The notes: generated by a model not told the origin, from the sequence alone. Counted from the stretch's first letter, positions 12,276 through 21,824 are shown. The stretch is 64,000 bases of DNA from Gaiellaceae bacterium (GCA_035517075.1 DATIZN010000028.1:1758-65757), one strand, 5' to 3'. Made by a program: numbers and translations.

Positions 12276-12480
12276 GGCATCGGAGCTGCGCGACCTGAGC
12301 GACGAGGAGCTGGAGCACCGGCTCGCGGAGCGGCGGCAGGAGTTGTTCAACCTGCGCTTCCAGTCGGTCACCGGCGCGCTCGAGAACTCGGCGCGCCTGA
12401 AGCTGGCGAAGCGCGAGATCGCGCGCATCCTCACGGTCGTGAACGAGCGCGAAGCGGAGAAGGCGAGTGTGAATGGCTGA
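12268..12480 (+). CDS. rpmC: 50S ribosomal protein L29 (uL29)
   Basis: The best start is TTG 12268, which overlaps the rplP end by 8 nt. (M)[56 protein letters not shown]... Confidence 0.9.
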   Translation: MTRASELRDLSDEELEHRLAERRQELFNLRFQSVTGALENSARLKLAKREIARILTVVNEREAEKASVNG

Positions 12481-13042
12481 GAACGAGAACGAGGAGATCG
12501 AGGAGACTCCGGTCGAGCCGGACGCCGAGGCGACCCCGGTAGCGGACGAGGCGCCGGCGGAAGCGACGGCCGAGGAGGCCGAGCCGTCCGCCGAGGAAGA
12601 GGCCGCCGCGGCAGGCGAAGAGCCCGCGCCGGCGGCGGAAGAGCCCGCCGCCGAGGAGCCTCCGGCCGCCGAGCCGAAGAGGAAGCGCAAGCGCGTCCCG
12701 CGCCGCCTGCGCCCGCAGAAGACGCGGCCGCGCCGGCCCGCCCCGAGCGGCGAGCGCAAGCCGATCGTCCGCGAGCCGAAACTCGAGCAGGCGCGCGGCC
12801 GGCGCCAGGAGCGCCGCGGCGTCGTCGTCTCGAGCGCGATGGACAAGACGATCGTCGTCAAGGTCGAGCTGATCGGCTCGCACCCGAAGTACAAGAAGGT
12901 GATCCGCCGCTCGGTGAAGTTCCATGCGCACGACGAGCAGAACTCGGCGAACGTCGGCGACATCGTGCGCATCGTCGAGACGCGTCCGGTCAGCGCGACG
13001 AAGCGCTGGCGGCTCGCCGAGGTCCTCGAGGCGGCCAAGTGA
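12473..13042 (+). CDS. rpsQ: 30S ribosomal protein S17 (uS17) with an N-terminal extension of about 105 aa
   Basis: The core is ...[71 protein letters not shown]. It is preceded in frame by an acidic AEP-rich and then KR-rich segment. ATG 12473 overlaps the rpmC end, and GC3 stays high throughout. Confidence 0.88.
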   Translation: MAENENEEIEETPVEPDAEATPVADEAPAEATAEEAEPSAEEEAAAAGEEPAPAAEEPAAEEPPAAEPKRKRKRVPRRLRPQKTRPRRPAPSGERKPIVREPKLEQARGRRQERRGVVVSSAMDKTIVVKVELIGSHPKYKKVIRRSVKFHAHDEQNSANVGDIVRIVETRPVSATKRWRLAEVLEAAK

Positions 13043-13407
13043 TCCAGCAGGAGTCGCGTCTCAAGGTGGCCGACAACACCGGCGCCCGCGAGCTGCTCTG
13101 CATCCGCGTCGTCGGCGGTCACCACCGTCGCTACGCGCGCGTGGGCGACATCATCGTCGGCACCGTCAAGACGGCGACGCCGCAGGGTGCGGTGAAGAAG
13201 GGGGAGGTCGTCCGCGCGGTCGTCGTGCGGACGCGGAAGCCGTTCGGCCGCGACGACGGGACGACGATCGCGTTCGACGAGAACGCCGCCGTGATCATCG
13301 ACGGCCAGCGCAATCCGCGCGGCACCCGCATCTTCGGGCCGGTCGCGCGCGAGCTGCGCGAGAAGAACTTCATGAAGATCGTCTCGCTCGCCCCGGAGGT
13401 GCTCTGA
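13039..13407 (+). CDS. rplN: 50S ribosomal protein L14 (uL14)
   Basis: GTGA overlap with rps[28 protein letters not shown]... Confidence 0.97.
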   Translation: MIQQESRLKVADNTGARELLCIRVVGGHHRRYARVGDIIVGTVKTATPQGAVKKGEVVRAVVVRTRKPFGRDDGTTIAFDENAAVIIDGQRNPRGTRIFGPVARELREKNFMKIVSLAPEVL

Positions 13408-13408
13408 G

Positions 13409-13780
13409 ATGTCACAGACGATGAAGGTCAAGAAGGGCGACATCGTGCACGTCCTCCGCGGCAAGGACGCCGGCAAGGAAGGCCGCGTCGTCGAGGCGCT
13501 CCCGCGCGAGCGCCGCGTCGTCGTCGAGAACATCAACGTCGTCAAGAAGCACCGGCGCCCCCGCCCGATCCAGAACACGACCGGGCTCGGCGGCCCGCAG
13601 ATCATCCCGGGCGGCGTCGTCGACCTGCCGGCTTCGCTGCCGGTCTCGAACGTGATGGTCGTCTGCCCGGTCTGCGGCAAGCCGACCCGCGTCGGCACGG
13701 TCCTCAAGGAGATCAAGGACCGGCAGGTGCGCGTCCGAGTCTGCAAGCGCGAGGGCTGCGGCCAGGAGATCGACCGGTGA
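13409..13780 (+). CDS. rplX: 50S ribosomal protein L24 (uL24), Cys4 zinc-ribbon form
   Basis: KOW motif [25 protein letters not shown]..., and a C-terminal [11 protein letters not shown]...VCKREGCG. Confidence 0.96.
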   Translation: MSQTMKVKKGDIVHVLRGKDAGKEGRVVEALPRERRVVVENINVVKKHRRPRPIQNTTGLGGPQIIPGGVVDLPASLPVSNVMVVCPVCGKPTRVGTVLKEIKDRQVRVRVCKREGCGQEIDR

Positions 13781-14355
13781 GCGCCACCGAGACGTACACG
13801 CCGCGCCTGAAGGAGCGCTACGAGCGCGAGATCCGCCCGCGCCTCAAGGACGAGCTCGGACTCGACTCGGTGATGCAGGTGCCGCGGGTCCAGAAGATCA
13901 CGCTCAACATGGGCGTCGGCGAGGCCAAGACCGAGGCGAAGGCGCTCGACTCCGCGATCGACGAGCTGACGACGATCGCCGGCCAGCGCGCCCAGGTCCG
14001 GCGCGCGCGCAAGTCGATCGCGCAGTTCAAGGTGCGCGAGGGGATGCCCGTCGGGGCGAAGGTCACGCTGCGCGGCGCCCGGATGTACGAGTTCCTCGAC
14101 CGGCTCGTCGCGATCGCGCTGCCGCGGATCCGCGACTTCCGCGGCCTGAGCCCGCGCTCGTTCGACGGCCGCGGCAACTACTCGCTCGGCATCCGCGAGC
14201 AGATCATCTTCCCGGAGATCAACTACGACGACATCCAGCAGGTTCGCGGCCTCGACGTGACGATCACGACCAGCGCCGAGAACGACGACCACGCCCTCGC
14301 GCTACTGCAGGCGCTCGGCCTGCCGTTCGGCGGCGACGGCGAAGGGAGGCAGTAG
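13777..14355 (+). CDS. rplE: 50S ribosomal protein L5 (uL5)
   Basis: ...[44 protein letters not shown]... Confidence 0.97.
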   Translation: MSATETYTPRLKERYEREIRPRLKDELGLDSVMQVPRVQKITLNMGVGEAKTEAKALDSAIDELTTIAGQRAQVRRARKSIAQFKVREGMPVGAKVTLRGARMYEFLDRLVAIALPRIRDFRGLSPRSFDGRGNYSLGIREQIIFPEINYDDIQQVRGLDVTITTSAENDDHALALLQALGLPFGGDGEGRQ

Positions 14356-14357
14356 GC

Positions 14358-14543
14358 ATGGCGAAGACGTCGCTCGTCGTGAAGCAGCGGCGACCCCAGA
14401 AGTTCAAGGTGCGCAACTACACGCGCTGCAACCGGTGCGGCCGCCCCCGCGCTGTCTTCCGCAAGTTCGGGCTCTGCCGGATCTGCCTGCGCGAGCTCGC
14501 GCACCAGGGCGCGATTCCCGGGATGACGAAGTCGAGCTGGTAG
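14358..14543 (+). CDS. rpsN: 30S ribosomal protein S14 type Z (zinc-binding, 61 aa)
   Basis: [61 protein letters not shown], with CxxC...CxxC. Confidence 0.97.
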   Translation: MAKTSLVVKQRRPQKFKVRNYTRCNRCGRPRAVFRKFGLCRICLRELAHQGAIPGMTKSSW

Positions 14544-14553
14544 GAGAGAGACG

Positions 14554-14949
14554 GTGCTGACCGATCCGATCGCAGACATGCTCACCCGCATCCGCAACGC
14601 CAACAAGGCGCTGCACGAGCACGCGGAGATGCCGAGCTCGAGGATGAAGGTCGAGATCGCCCGCCTGCTCAAGGAGGAGGGCTACATCCGCGACTTCCAT
14701 GTCGAGAAGGGAGACGCCTTCGATACCCTGGTCGTCGACCTCAAGTTCGGCCGCAACCGCGAACGGGTGATCTCGGGCCTGAAGCGCGTGTCGAAGCCGG
14801 GCCGCAGGGTCTACGCCCGGAAGGACCGGCTTCCGCGCGTGCTGGGCGGGATGGGAGTCGCGATCCTCTCCACGTCCTCGGGTCTCGTCACGAGCCGCAC
14901 CGCGCAGGAGCGCGGCGTCGGCGGTGAGGTCGTGGCCTTCATCTGGTGA
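14554..14949 (+). CDS. rpsH: 30S ribosomal protein S8 (uS8)
   Basis: GTG start after [53 protein letters not shown]... Confidence 0.97.
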   Translation: MLTDPIADMLTRIRNANKALHEHAEMPSSRMKVEIARLLKEEGYIRDFHVEKGDAFDTLVVDLKFGRNRERVISGLKRVSKPGRRVYARKDRLPRVLGGMGVAILSTSSGLVTSRTAQERGVGGEVVAFIW

Positions 14950-14953
14950 ACGA

Positions 14954-15487
14954 ATGAGCAGAATCGGCAAGGCACCCATCACCATCCCCGACGGCGTGAC
15001 CGTCACGATCGAGCCTGCCCGCGTCGCGGTCGCCGGCCCGCTGGGCACGCTCCAGCAGCAGGTGCCGCAGCGGATGAAGATCGAGCAGGCGGACGGCCAG
15101 GTCGTCGTCACCCGCCCGACCGAGCGCGGCGAGGACCGGGCGCTCCACGGCCTGACGCGGACGCTCGTCGCGAACATGGTCGAGGGCGTCACGAAGGGCT
15201 TCGAGAAGCGGCTCGAGATCCAGGGCGTCGGCTACCGCGCCGCGCTGCACGGCGCCGACCTCGAGCTCAACGTCGGCTTCTCGCACCCGGTCGTCGTCAA
15301 GCCGCGCACCGGCATCACCTTCGAGGTGCCGGCGCCGACCGAGGTCGTCGTCAAGGGGACGGACAAGCAGATGGTCGGCCAGACCGCGGCCGAGATCCGC
15401 AAGGTTCGGCCGCCCGAGCCGTACAAGGGTAAGGGCATCCGCTACGAGGGCGAGTACGTCCGCAGGAAGGTGGGCAAGCGTGCCTAG
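14954..15487 (+). CDS. rplF: 50S ribosomal protein L6 (uL6)
   Basis: [44 protein letters not shown]... Confidence 0.97.
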   Translation: MSRIGKAPITIPDGVTVTIEPARVAVAGPLGTLQQQVPQRMKIEQADGQVVVTRPTERGEDRALHGLTRTLVANMVEGVTKGFEKRLEIQGVGYRAALHGADLELNVGFSHPVVVKPRTGITFEVPAPTEVVVKGTDKQMVGQTAAEIRKVRPPEPYKGKGIRYEGEYVRRKVGKRA

Positions 15488-15836
15488 CTTGACCGTGAGA
15501 CAGGCCCGCGTGCGGCGCCACAAGCGCGTGCGCGCGAAGGTGCGCGGCACCGCCGAGCGGCCGCGCCTCGTCGTCTTCCGTTCCAATCGCGGCATCGAGG
15601 CCCAGCTCGTCGACGACGGCGGCGGGCGCACGCTCGCGTCCGCGTCGCATCTCGCGCTCGCGAAGTCGTTCAAGGGGGACAAGAGCGAGCAGGCGGCCGC
15701 GGTCGGGAAGGCGCTCGCCGCAGCCGCGAAGAAGGCCGGGGTCGAGACGTGCGTCTTCGATCGCGGCGGCTACCTCTACCACGGACGCGTGAAGGCGCTC
15801 GCCGACGGCGCCCGCGAAGGAGGCCTGACGTTTTGA
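15480..15836 (+). CDS. rplR: 50S ribosomal protein L18 (uL18)
   Basis: ...[38 protein letters not shown]... The start is GTG 15480; TTG 15489 and GVG 15495 are alternatives (GTG 15495). Confidence 0.93.
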   Translation: MPSLTVRQARVRRHKRVRAKVRGTAERPRLVVFRSNRGIEAQLVDDGGGRTLASASHLALAKSFKGDKSEQAAAVGKALAAAAKKAGVETCVFDRGGYLYHGRVKALADGAREGGLTF

Positions 15837-16573
15837 GTGCGATCGAGTACACCGAGACGCGCGAGCTCAAGGAGCGCGTCGTCGAGATCAACCGCGTGGC
15901 CAAGGTCGTCAAGGGAGGCCGGCGCTTCTCGTTCACGGCGCTCGTCGTCGTCGGCGACGAGGTCGACCGCGTCGGCGTCGGCTACGGCAAGGCGCGCGAG
16001 GTGCCGCTCGCGATCACGAAGGCCGTCGAGGACGCGAAGAAGAACCTCTTCACCGTCCCGAAGCACGGCTCGACGATCACGCACGAGGTGCTCGGCAGGT
16101 TCGACGCGGCCAGGGTGCTGCTGCGCCCCGCTTCGGAGGGAACCGGCGTCATCGCCGGCGGCGGCGTGCGCGCGGTGCTCGAGCTCGGCGGCGTCCGCAA
16201 CGTCCTCGCGAAGAGCCTCGGCACGACGAACCCGATCAACATGGCGAAGGCGACCGTCGTCGCGCTCCAGGAGCTGCGCCGGCCCGAGGACGTGGCGAAG
16301 ATCCGCGGCAAGCGGATCAGCGAGGTGCTGCCGATCCCCGCGGTCGCGCCGGAGGCCGAGGAGGCGCCGGTCGAGGAGGCCGCCGCCGCCGTCGCTGCGG
16401 TCGTCGAGGAGCCGGCCGTGGTCGAGGAGCCGGCGGCTGAAGAGCCTGCACCCGAGCCGGAGCCGGAGCCGGTCGCCGAGGCTCCTGCCGAGCCCGAGCC
16501 CGCGGCAGAGGCGCCGGCCGAGGAGGCCAAGCCGAGACGACGCAGCATCCGCCGCAAGAAGGACGAGGGCTAG
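15833..16573 (+). CDS. rpsE: 30S ribosomal protein S5 (uS5) with an AEP-rich C-terminal tail of about 80 aa
   Basis: TTG 15833 follows the SD GAAGGAGG and overlaps the rplR TGA. The core is ...[29 protein letters not shown]...[19 protein letters not shown]..., and the tail is [21 protein letters not shown]...[39 protein letters not shown]. Confidence 0.93.
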   Translation: MSAIEYTETRELKERVVEINRVAKVVKGGRRFSFTALVVVGDEVDRVGVGYGKAREVPLAITKAVEDAKKNLFTVPKHGSTITHEVLGRFDAARVLLRPASEGTGVIAGGGVRAVLELGGVRNVLAKSLGTTNPINMAKATVVALQELRRPEDVAKIRGKRISEVLPIPAVAPEAEEAPVEEAAAAVAAVVEEPAVVEEPAAEEPAPEPEPEPVAEAPAEPEPAAEAPAEEAKPRRRSIRRKKDEG

Positions 16574-16753
16574 GTGGCCAAGCTCCGCATCACTCAGGTT
16601 CGGTCCCAGATCGGGCAGTCCGAGCGGCATCGCGGTACGCTGCGCGCGCTCGGGCTCGGTCGCATCGGCCGCAGCGCCGAGCACGAGGAGTCGCCGGCGC
16701 TCGCCGGGATGCTCCGCAAGGTCCGCCACCTCGTGAAGGTCGAGAACGACTGA
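16574..16753 (+). CDS. rpmD: 50S ribosomal protein L30 (uL30), 59 aa; absent from the ORF track
   Basis: The GTG comes directly after the rpsE TAG. (M)AKLRITQVRSQIGQSERHRGTLRALGLGRIGRSAEHEESPALAGMLRKVRHLVKVEND. The TGA overlaps the rplO ATG. Confidence 0.93.
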   Translation: MAKLRITQVRSQIGQSERHRGTLRALGLGRIGRSAEHEESPALAGMLRKVRHLVKVEND

Positions 16754-17376
16754 TGCCGGAGAAGCAGCTCTCGCTTTCCAATCTCCAGCCGGCCCAGCCG
16801 CGCGAGGATCGCAAGCGCATCGGCCGCGGGCTCGGCTCCGGCAAGGGCCGCTACGCCGGCCGCGGCGTCAAGGGCCAGAAGGCGCGCTCGGGCTCGCACA
16901 AGATGCGCGCCGGGTTCGAGGGCGGGCAGATGCCGATCTACATGCGGCTCGGCAAGCTGCGCGGCTCGACCTCCGCGGACGCGATGCCGATCGGCCCGTT
17001 CCGGACCTCCACCCAGCCGGTCAACGTCCGCGACCTCGACCGGTTCGAGGCCGGCGACGAGGTGACGCCCGAGACGCTCGTCGAGAAGCGCGTGATCAAG
17101 AACACGCGCACCGACGTGAAGCTGCTCGGCGTCGGGGAGGTGACGAAGAAGCTCACCGTCCGCGTCCATGCGATGTCCGCCTCCGCGCGGGAGAAGATCG
17201 AGGCGGCCGGAGGAACCGTCGAGCTGCTGCGCGAGCCGAAGGTCAAGAAGGCGCGGCATCGCAAGGCGAAGCCCGTCGCCGCCGAGGAGCCCGAGGCCGA
17301 GACGCCGGACAGCGACGAGGCGCCCGCCGAGGAGCCGGCCGCCGAGGCCGGGCAAGAGCCGGAGGACGAGGGCTAG
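16753..17376 (+). CDS. rplO: 50S ribosomal protein L15 (uL15) with a basic-then-acidic C-terminal tail of about 48 aa
   Basis: ...LSNLQPAQPREDRKRIGRGLGSGKGRYAGRGVKGQKARSG..., and the tail is EPKVKKARHRKAKPVAAEEPEAETPDSDEAPAEEPAAEAGQEPEDEG. Confidence 0.95.
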   Translation: MPEKQLSLSNLQPAQPREDRKRIGRGLGSGKGRYAGRGVKGQKARSGSHKMRAGFEGGQMPIYMRLGKLRGSTSADAMPIGPFRTSTQPVNVRDLDRFEAGDEVTPETLVEKRVIKNTRTDVKLLGVGEVTKKLTVRVHAMSASAREKIEAAGGTVELLREPKVKKARHRKAKPVAAEEPEAETPDSDEAPAEEPAAEAGQEPEDEG

Positions 17377-18636
17377 GTGCTGTCCTGGCTCCTCAACGCG
17401 TGGCGCGTGCCCGAGCTGCGCCGGCGCATCCTCTTCACCGCCGTCGTCCTCGCCGTCTACCGCTTCGGCTCGTGGATTCCGGCGCCGGGCGTCAACCAGT
17501 CGGCGCTCACGCAGTTCTTCGGGGGCGCGGGCGGCAGCGGCGTCTTCGGGCTGCTCAACCTCTTCTCGGGGTCGGCGCTGTCGCGCTTCTCGCTCTTCGC
17601 GGTCGGCATCCAGGCCTACGTCACGGCCTCGATCATCCTCCAGGTCCTGACGGCCGTCGTGCCGTCGCTCGAGCGGCTGCAGAAGGAGGGCGAGGCCGGC
17701 TACGCGAAGATCACGCAGTACTCGCGCTACCTGACCGTCGTGCTCGCGGCTGCGCAGGCGACCGCCTACGCGTTCCTGTTCAAGCACTACAACGCGCTCC
17801 CGAACCTCAACCCCGGCCGGCTCATCATCATCGTGCTCACCCTCACCGCGGGCGCGACGCTGCTGATGTGGCTGGGCGAGCAGATCACAAAGCGCGGCAT
17901 CGGCAACGGGATCTCGCTCCTCATCTTCGCGTCGATCCTCGCCTACGCCCCGACCGGGATCAGCTCGTGGATCAACGGCGGCACGACCGAGCGGCTGTTC
18001 TTCCCGCTCGTCGCCATCGCCGTCGTCGTCGCGGTCGTCTTCGTCCAGGAGGGGCAGCGGCGGATCCCGGTGCAGTACGCACGGCGGATGCTCGGGAACC
18101 GGCAGACGACCGGCGGCTCGACCTACATGCCGCTCGGCCTGCTGATGGCCGGCGTCATCCCCGTCATCTTCGCGATCGCTCCGCTCTCGGCGGCCCAGAC
18201 GGTCGCGAGCTTCCGGCCCTCGTGGAGCGCCTGGCTGCAGACCAACTTCGGCTACACGAGCTGGAAGTACCTGCTCGCCCAGGCGGTCCTGATCGTCGTG
18301 TTCACGTACTTCTACACCTCGGTCGTCTTCAACCCGGTCGACCAGGCCGACAACCTGCGGAAGAACAACGGCTACATCCCCGGGATCCGGCCCGGCCCGC
18401 CGACGGCGGCCTACCTCGACCGCGTCCTGCAACGGCTGACGCTGCCCGGCTCGCTGTTCCTCGCTCTCGTCGCCGTCGCGCCGTCGCTCTTCATCTCGTA
18501 CTTCCACTTCTCGCAGAACACGGCGCGCGCCCTCGGCGGCACGTCGGTGCTGATCGCGGTCGGCGTCGCGCTGCAGACGATGCGGCAGATGGAGTCGCAG
18601 ATGATGATGCGCCACTACGAAGGGTTCCTGCGCTGA
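17377..18636 (+). CDS. secY: preprotein translocase subunit SecY
   Basis: The GTG comes directly after the rplO TAG. The protein is a 419-aa polytopic membrane protein (...ELRRRILFTAVVLAVYRFGSWIPAPGV...GIGNGISLLIFASI...). Synteny supports the call. Confidence 0.96.
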   Translation: MLSWLLNAWRVPELRRRILFTAVVLAVYRFGSWIPAPGVNQSALTQFFGGAGGSGVFGLLNLFSGSALSRFSLFAVGIQAYVTASIILQVLTAVVPSLERLQKEGEAGYAKITQYSRYLTVVLAAAQATAYAFLFKHYNALPNLNPGRLIIIVLTLTAGATLLMWLGEQITKRGIGNGISLLIFASILAYAPTGISSWINGGTTERLFFPLVAIAVVVAVVFVQEGQRRIPVQYARRMLGNRQTTGGSTYMPLGLLMAGVIPVIFAIAPLSAAQTVASFRPSWSAWLQTNFGYTSWKYLLAQAVLIVVFTYFYTSVVFNPVDQADNLRKNNGYIPGIRPGPPTAAYLDRVLQRLTLPGSLFLALVAVAPSLFISYFHFSQNTARALGGTSVLIAVGVALQTMRQMESQMMMRHYEGFLR

Positions 18637-19217
18637 ACATCTTGGTCCTCGGGCCCCAGGGGTCGGGGAAGGGCACGCAGGCGAAGCGGATCAAGGCGAC
18701 GTACGGCATCCCGCACGTGGCCACCGGCGACATGATCCGCGAGATGAAGGAGCTCGACACGCCGCTGGGGCACGAGCTGAAGGAGGTCTACGACCGGGGC
18801 GACCTCGTCTCGGACGAGCTGATGATCCGGCTGATCCAGGACCGGCTCTCGCGCGGCGACACACTGGGCGGCTTCGTCCTCGACGGCTTCCCGCGCACGA
18901 TGCCGCAGGCGGAGGCGCTCGACGAGCTCCTGCGGACGCTCGACCGCGCGCTCGACGTCGTCTTCGACTTCCAGGTGCCCGACCGCGGGGAGCTGCTCGC
19001 CCGCATGCGCAAGCGCGCGGAGGAGGAGGGCCGCGCCGACGACACGCCCGAGGCGATCGAGCGCCGGCTCGAGCTCTACGACCGCGAGACCGCGCCGCTC
19101 GTCGAGTACTACCGGACGCGACATGCGAACGTCGTCGGCATCCACGCCGACGGCACGGTCGACGAGGTGTTCCAGGAGCTCGAGCAGGCGCTCTCGTCGG
19201 CGGAGGGGCGCGAGTGA
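18633..19217 (+). CDS. adk: adenylate kinase (probable CTG start inside a CTGA overlap with the secY stop)
   Basis: (M)NILVLGPQGSGKGTQAKRIKATYGIPHVATGDMIRE... aligns residue for residue with canonical Adk N-termini if CTG 18633 initiates. The SD GAAGGG lies 8 nt upstream. The nearest canonical start, TTG 18642, would remove 3 residues. Confidence 0.85.
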   Translation: MNILVLGPQGSGKGTQAKRIKATYGIPHVATGDMIREMKELDTPLGHELKEVYDRGDLVSDELMIRLIQDRLSRGDTLGGFVLDGFPRTMPQAEALDELLRTLDRALDVVFDFQVPDRGELLARMRKRAEEEGRADDTPEAIERRLELYDRETAPLVEYYRTRHANVVGIHADGTVDEVFQELEQALSSAEGRE

Positions 19218-19978
19218 TCGTCCGCAAGTCCCGGGCCGAGATCGACGGGATGGCGCGGGCCGGGGCGCTCGTCGCCGAGACGCTCGCGCTCGTCGCCGAG
19301 AGCCTCGAGCCCGGCGTGACGATGCGCGAGCTCGACCGGATCGCCGACGAGCACATCGCCGAGCGCGGCGGCTACCCGACCTCGAAGGGCTACAAGGGCT
19401 TTCCGGCCGCGCTCTGCCTCTCGCCGAACTCGATGGTTGTCCACGGGATCCCGAGCGACTATGCGGCGCAGGAGGGAGACCTCGTCTCGGCCGACCTCGG
19501 CGTGACCCTCGACGGGCTCGTCGCCGACAGCGCCGTCACGCTCCCGGTCGGGGAGATCGACCCCGAGGCGCAGCGGCTGCTCGACGTCTGCCAGCAGGCG
19601 CTCGCCGCCGGGATCGAGCAGGCGCGGATCGACAACCACGTCTCCGACATCTCGCACGCCGTGCAGGAGGTCGTCGAGGCTGCGGGCTTCTCGGTCATCC
19701 GCAGCCTCGTCGGCCACGGCGTCGGCCGCTCGTACCACGAGGACCCGCAGATCCCCAACTACGGCCCGCCCGGCCGCGGTCCGCTGCTGCAGGAGGGGAT
19801 GACGCTCGCGATCGAGCCGATGATCACGGCCGGCGGCCCCGACGTCTACGTCCACGCCGACGAGTGGTCGATCTCGTCGGTCGACGAGTCGCTCGCCGCC
19901 CACTTCGAGCACACCGTCGCGATCACCTCGGACGGCCCCCGCGTGCTCACGCTGGCGGGAGCCCCTCTGCTACGATGA
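19214..19978 (+). CDS. map: type I methionine aminopeptidase
   Basis: GTGA overlap with adk. ...GYPTSKGYKGFPAALCLSPNSMVVHGIP...GHGVGRSYHEDPQIPNY...FEHTVAIT. Confidence 0.95.
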   Translation: MIVRKSRAEIDGMARAGALVAETLALVAESLEPGVTMRELDRIADEHIAERGGYPTSKGYKGFPAALCLSPNSMVVHGIPSDYAAQEGDLVSADLGVTLDGLVADSAVTLPVGEIDPEAQRLLDVCQQALAAGIEQARIDNHVSDISHAVQEVVEAAGFSVIRSLVGHGVGRSYHEDPQIPNYGPPGRGPLLQEGMTLAIEPMITAGGPDVYVHADEWSISSVDESLAAHFEHTVAITSDGPRVLTLAGAPLLR

Positions 19979-19986
19979 CCTTCTTC

Positions 19987-20009
19987 CGCGCACGGCTCAG
20001 CCGTGCGCG
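19987..20009 (+). terminator. 10-bp GC-rich stem-loop after map (terminator or processing site, no U-tract)
   Basis: CGCGCACGGC TCA GCCGTGCGCG lies 9 nt after the map stop and upstream of infA. Confidence 0.35.
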
Positions 20010-20047
20010 TGCGCACGTCTGAGGCTGCACTGTTCACGAAAGGGATT

Positions 20048-20269
20048 TTGCCGACCAAGGAAGAGAAGATCGAGGTCGAAGGCGAGGTCGTCGAAGCGCT
20101 CCCGAGCACGATGTTCCGGGTACAGCTCGACGGGGGGCACTCGGTGCTCGCGACCATCTCCGGCAAGATGCGAAAGCACTACATCCGCATCCTCCCCGGC
20201 GACAAGGTCAAGGTCGAGCTCAGTCCCTACGACCTCAGTCGCGGCCGGATCACCTACCGGCACCGGTAA
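20048..20269 (+). CDS. infA: translation initiation factor IF-1
   Basis: TTG 20048 follows GAAAGGGA. (M)[72 protein letters not shown], 73 aa. The track ORF starts too far upstream. Confidence 0.93.
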   Translation: MPTKEEKIEVEGEVVEALPSTMFRVQLDGGHSVLATISGKMRKHYIRILPGDKVKVELSPYDLSRGRITYRHR

Positions 20270-20286
20270 GGGAGCCCACGAATCTG

Positions 20287-20400
20287 ATGAAAGTCCGTCC
20301 TTCCGTCAAGCCCATGTGCGAGCGCTGCCGCGTGATCAAGCGGCACGGTACGACCATGGTCATCTGCTCAAACCCCCGGCACAAGCAAAGGCAGGGCTGA
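20287..20400 (+). CDS. rpmJ: 50S ribosomal protein L36 (bL36), zinc form, 37 aa; absent from the ORF track
   Basis: [37 protein letters not shown]. Confidence 0.95.
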   Translation: MKVRPSVKPMCERCRVIKRHGTTMVICSNPRHKQRQG

Positions 20401-20403
20401 GTC

Positions 20404-20778
20404 ATCGCCAGAATCGCCGGCGTCAACCTTCCGAACCAGAAGCGGCTCGAGATCGGGCTGACGTACATCTACGGGATCGGGCAGCCGACCGCGCGCAAGG
20501 TCGCGGCCGAGCTCGGGCTCAATCCCGACACGAAGGTCAAGGACCTCACGGACGAAGAGGTCACGAAGCTCCGCAACTACATCGACTCGAACCTCGAGGT
20601 CGAGGGCGACCTGCGGCGCGACCGCCAGCAGGCGATCAAGCGGCTCTCCGAGATCGGCGCCTACCGCGGCATCCGGCACCGGCGCGGCCTGCCGGTGAAC
20701 GGGCAGCGGACGAAGACGAACGCGCGGAGCCGCAAGGGCCCGAAGAAGACCGTCGGACGCGGAAAGAAGGCGAAGTAG
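20404..20778 (+). CDS. rpsM: 30S ribosomal protein S13 (uS13); no canonical start codon, probable ATC start; absent from the ORF track
   Basis: The frame opens right after the rpmJ TGA as GTC ATC GCC AGA ATC GCC GGC... = (V)(I)[32 protein letters not shown]...[20 protein letters not shown]. The canonical S13 N-terminus MARIAGV aligns with ATC 20404. The first in-frame ATG/GTG/TTG is far downstream, in the conserved C-terminal region. Confidence 0.9.
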   Translation: MARIAGVNLPNQKRLEIGLTYIYGIGQPTARKVAAELGLNPDTKVKDLTDEEVTKLRNYIDSNLEVEGDLRRDRQQAIKRLSEIGAYRGIRHRRGLPVNGQRTKTNARSRKGPKKTVGRGKKAK

Positions 20779-20779
20779 C

Positions 20780-21187
20780 GTGCCGGGAACGAGAAGGCAG
20801 GCGGCCACTCGCGGCCGCACGCGCCGCCGCGTCCGCAAGAACATCGCGATCGGCCAGGCGCACATCAAGACGAGCTTTAACAACACGATCGTCGCCCTCA
20901 CCGACCGCGAGGGGAACGTCATCGCCTGGGAGTCGGCCGGCTCGGCCGGCTTCAAGGGCTCCCGCAAGTCGACGCCGTTCGCCGCGCAGGTGACGGCCGA
21001 CGCGGCCGCTCGCAAGGGGATGGAGCACGGCCTGCAGAAGGTCGAGGTCTTCGTCAAGGGCCCGGGCTCGGGACGCGAGACGGCGATCCGCTCGCTCCAG
21101 GCCGCCGGTCTCGAGATCCTGTCGGTGAGGGACGTGACGCCGCAGGCGCACAACGGCGTCCGGCCGCGCAAGCGGAGGCGTGTCTGA
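20780..21187 (+). CDS. rpsK: 30S ribosomal protein S11 (uS11)
   Basis: GTG start. ...[52 protein letters not shown]... Confidence 0.97.
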   Translation: MPGTRRQAATRGRTRRRVRKNIAIGQAHIKTSFNNTIVALTDREGNVIAWESAGSAGFKGSRKSTPFAAQVTADAAARKGMEHGLQKVEVFVKGPGSGRETAIRSLQAAGLEILSVRDVTPQAHNGVRPRKRRRV

Positions 21188-21807
21188 TGGCTCGCGATCT
21201 CGGAGCCAAGTGCCGCGTCTGCCGCCGCGAGGGGATGAAGCTCTTCCTCAAGGGCGAGCGCTGCCTGACGGAGAAGTGCGCGATCGAGCGCCGCTCGTAT
21301 CCGCCGGGCGAGCACGGCCGCGGCCGCATCAAGCAGAGCGAGTACCTCCTGCAGCTGCGCGAGAAGCAGAAGGCGCGCCGCTACTACGGCCTGCTCGAGA
21401 AGCAGTTCCGCACCTACTACGAGAAGGCGGCGAAGCGGTCCGGCGTCACCGGCGAGGAGCTCCTGCGGATGCTCGAGACGCGGCTCGACAACGTCGTCTA
21501 CCGGCTCGGGTTCGCCGCGTCGCGGGCGCAGGCGCGCCAGCTCGTCCGGCACGGCCATTTCCACGTGAACGGCCGCCGCGTCAACATCCCGAGCTACCAG
21601 GTGCGCCCCAACGACGTCGTCACCGTCCCGCCGAGCTCGTCGGCGCAGCAGGTGATCCGCGACGCCACCGACCTCGTCTCGACGGTCGCCCCCTGGCTTC
21701 AGGCCGACCACGACGGGCTGACGGGCAAGGTGCTGAAGCAGCCCGAGCGCGGCGAGATCGACACGCCCGTCCAGGAATCGCTCATCGTCGAGCTCTACTC
21801 GAAGTAA
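21187..21807 (+). CDS. rpsD: 30S ribosomal protein S4 (uS4), Cys4 form
   Basis: [62 protein letters not shown]... Confidence 0.97.
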   Translation: MARDLGAKCRVCRREGMKLFLKGERCLTEKCAIERRSYPPGEHGRGRIKQSEYLLQLREKQKARRYYGLLEKQFRTYYEKAAKRSGVTGEELLRMLETRLDNVVYRLGFAASRAQARQLVRHGHFHVNGRRVNIPSYQVRPNDVVTVPPSSSAQQVIRDATDLVSTVAPWLQADHDGLTGKVLKQPERGEIDTPVQESLIVELYSK

Positions 21808-21824
21808 CGAAAGAGGGAACTTCT

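Noticed and set aside
13409-13780. The Cys4 zinc-ribbon in uL24 ([11 protein letters not shown]...VCKREGCG) initially looked novel.
   Set aside because: As I recall, Thermus thermophilus L24 has essentially the same CPACGKPTRV...VCAKCGG arrangement. Together with type-Z S14, Cys-form L36 and Cys4 S4, it simply indicates the zinc-binding set of r-proteins, which is a known phenomenon.
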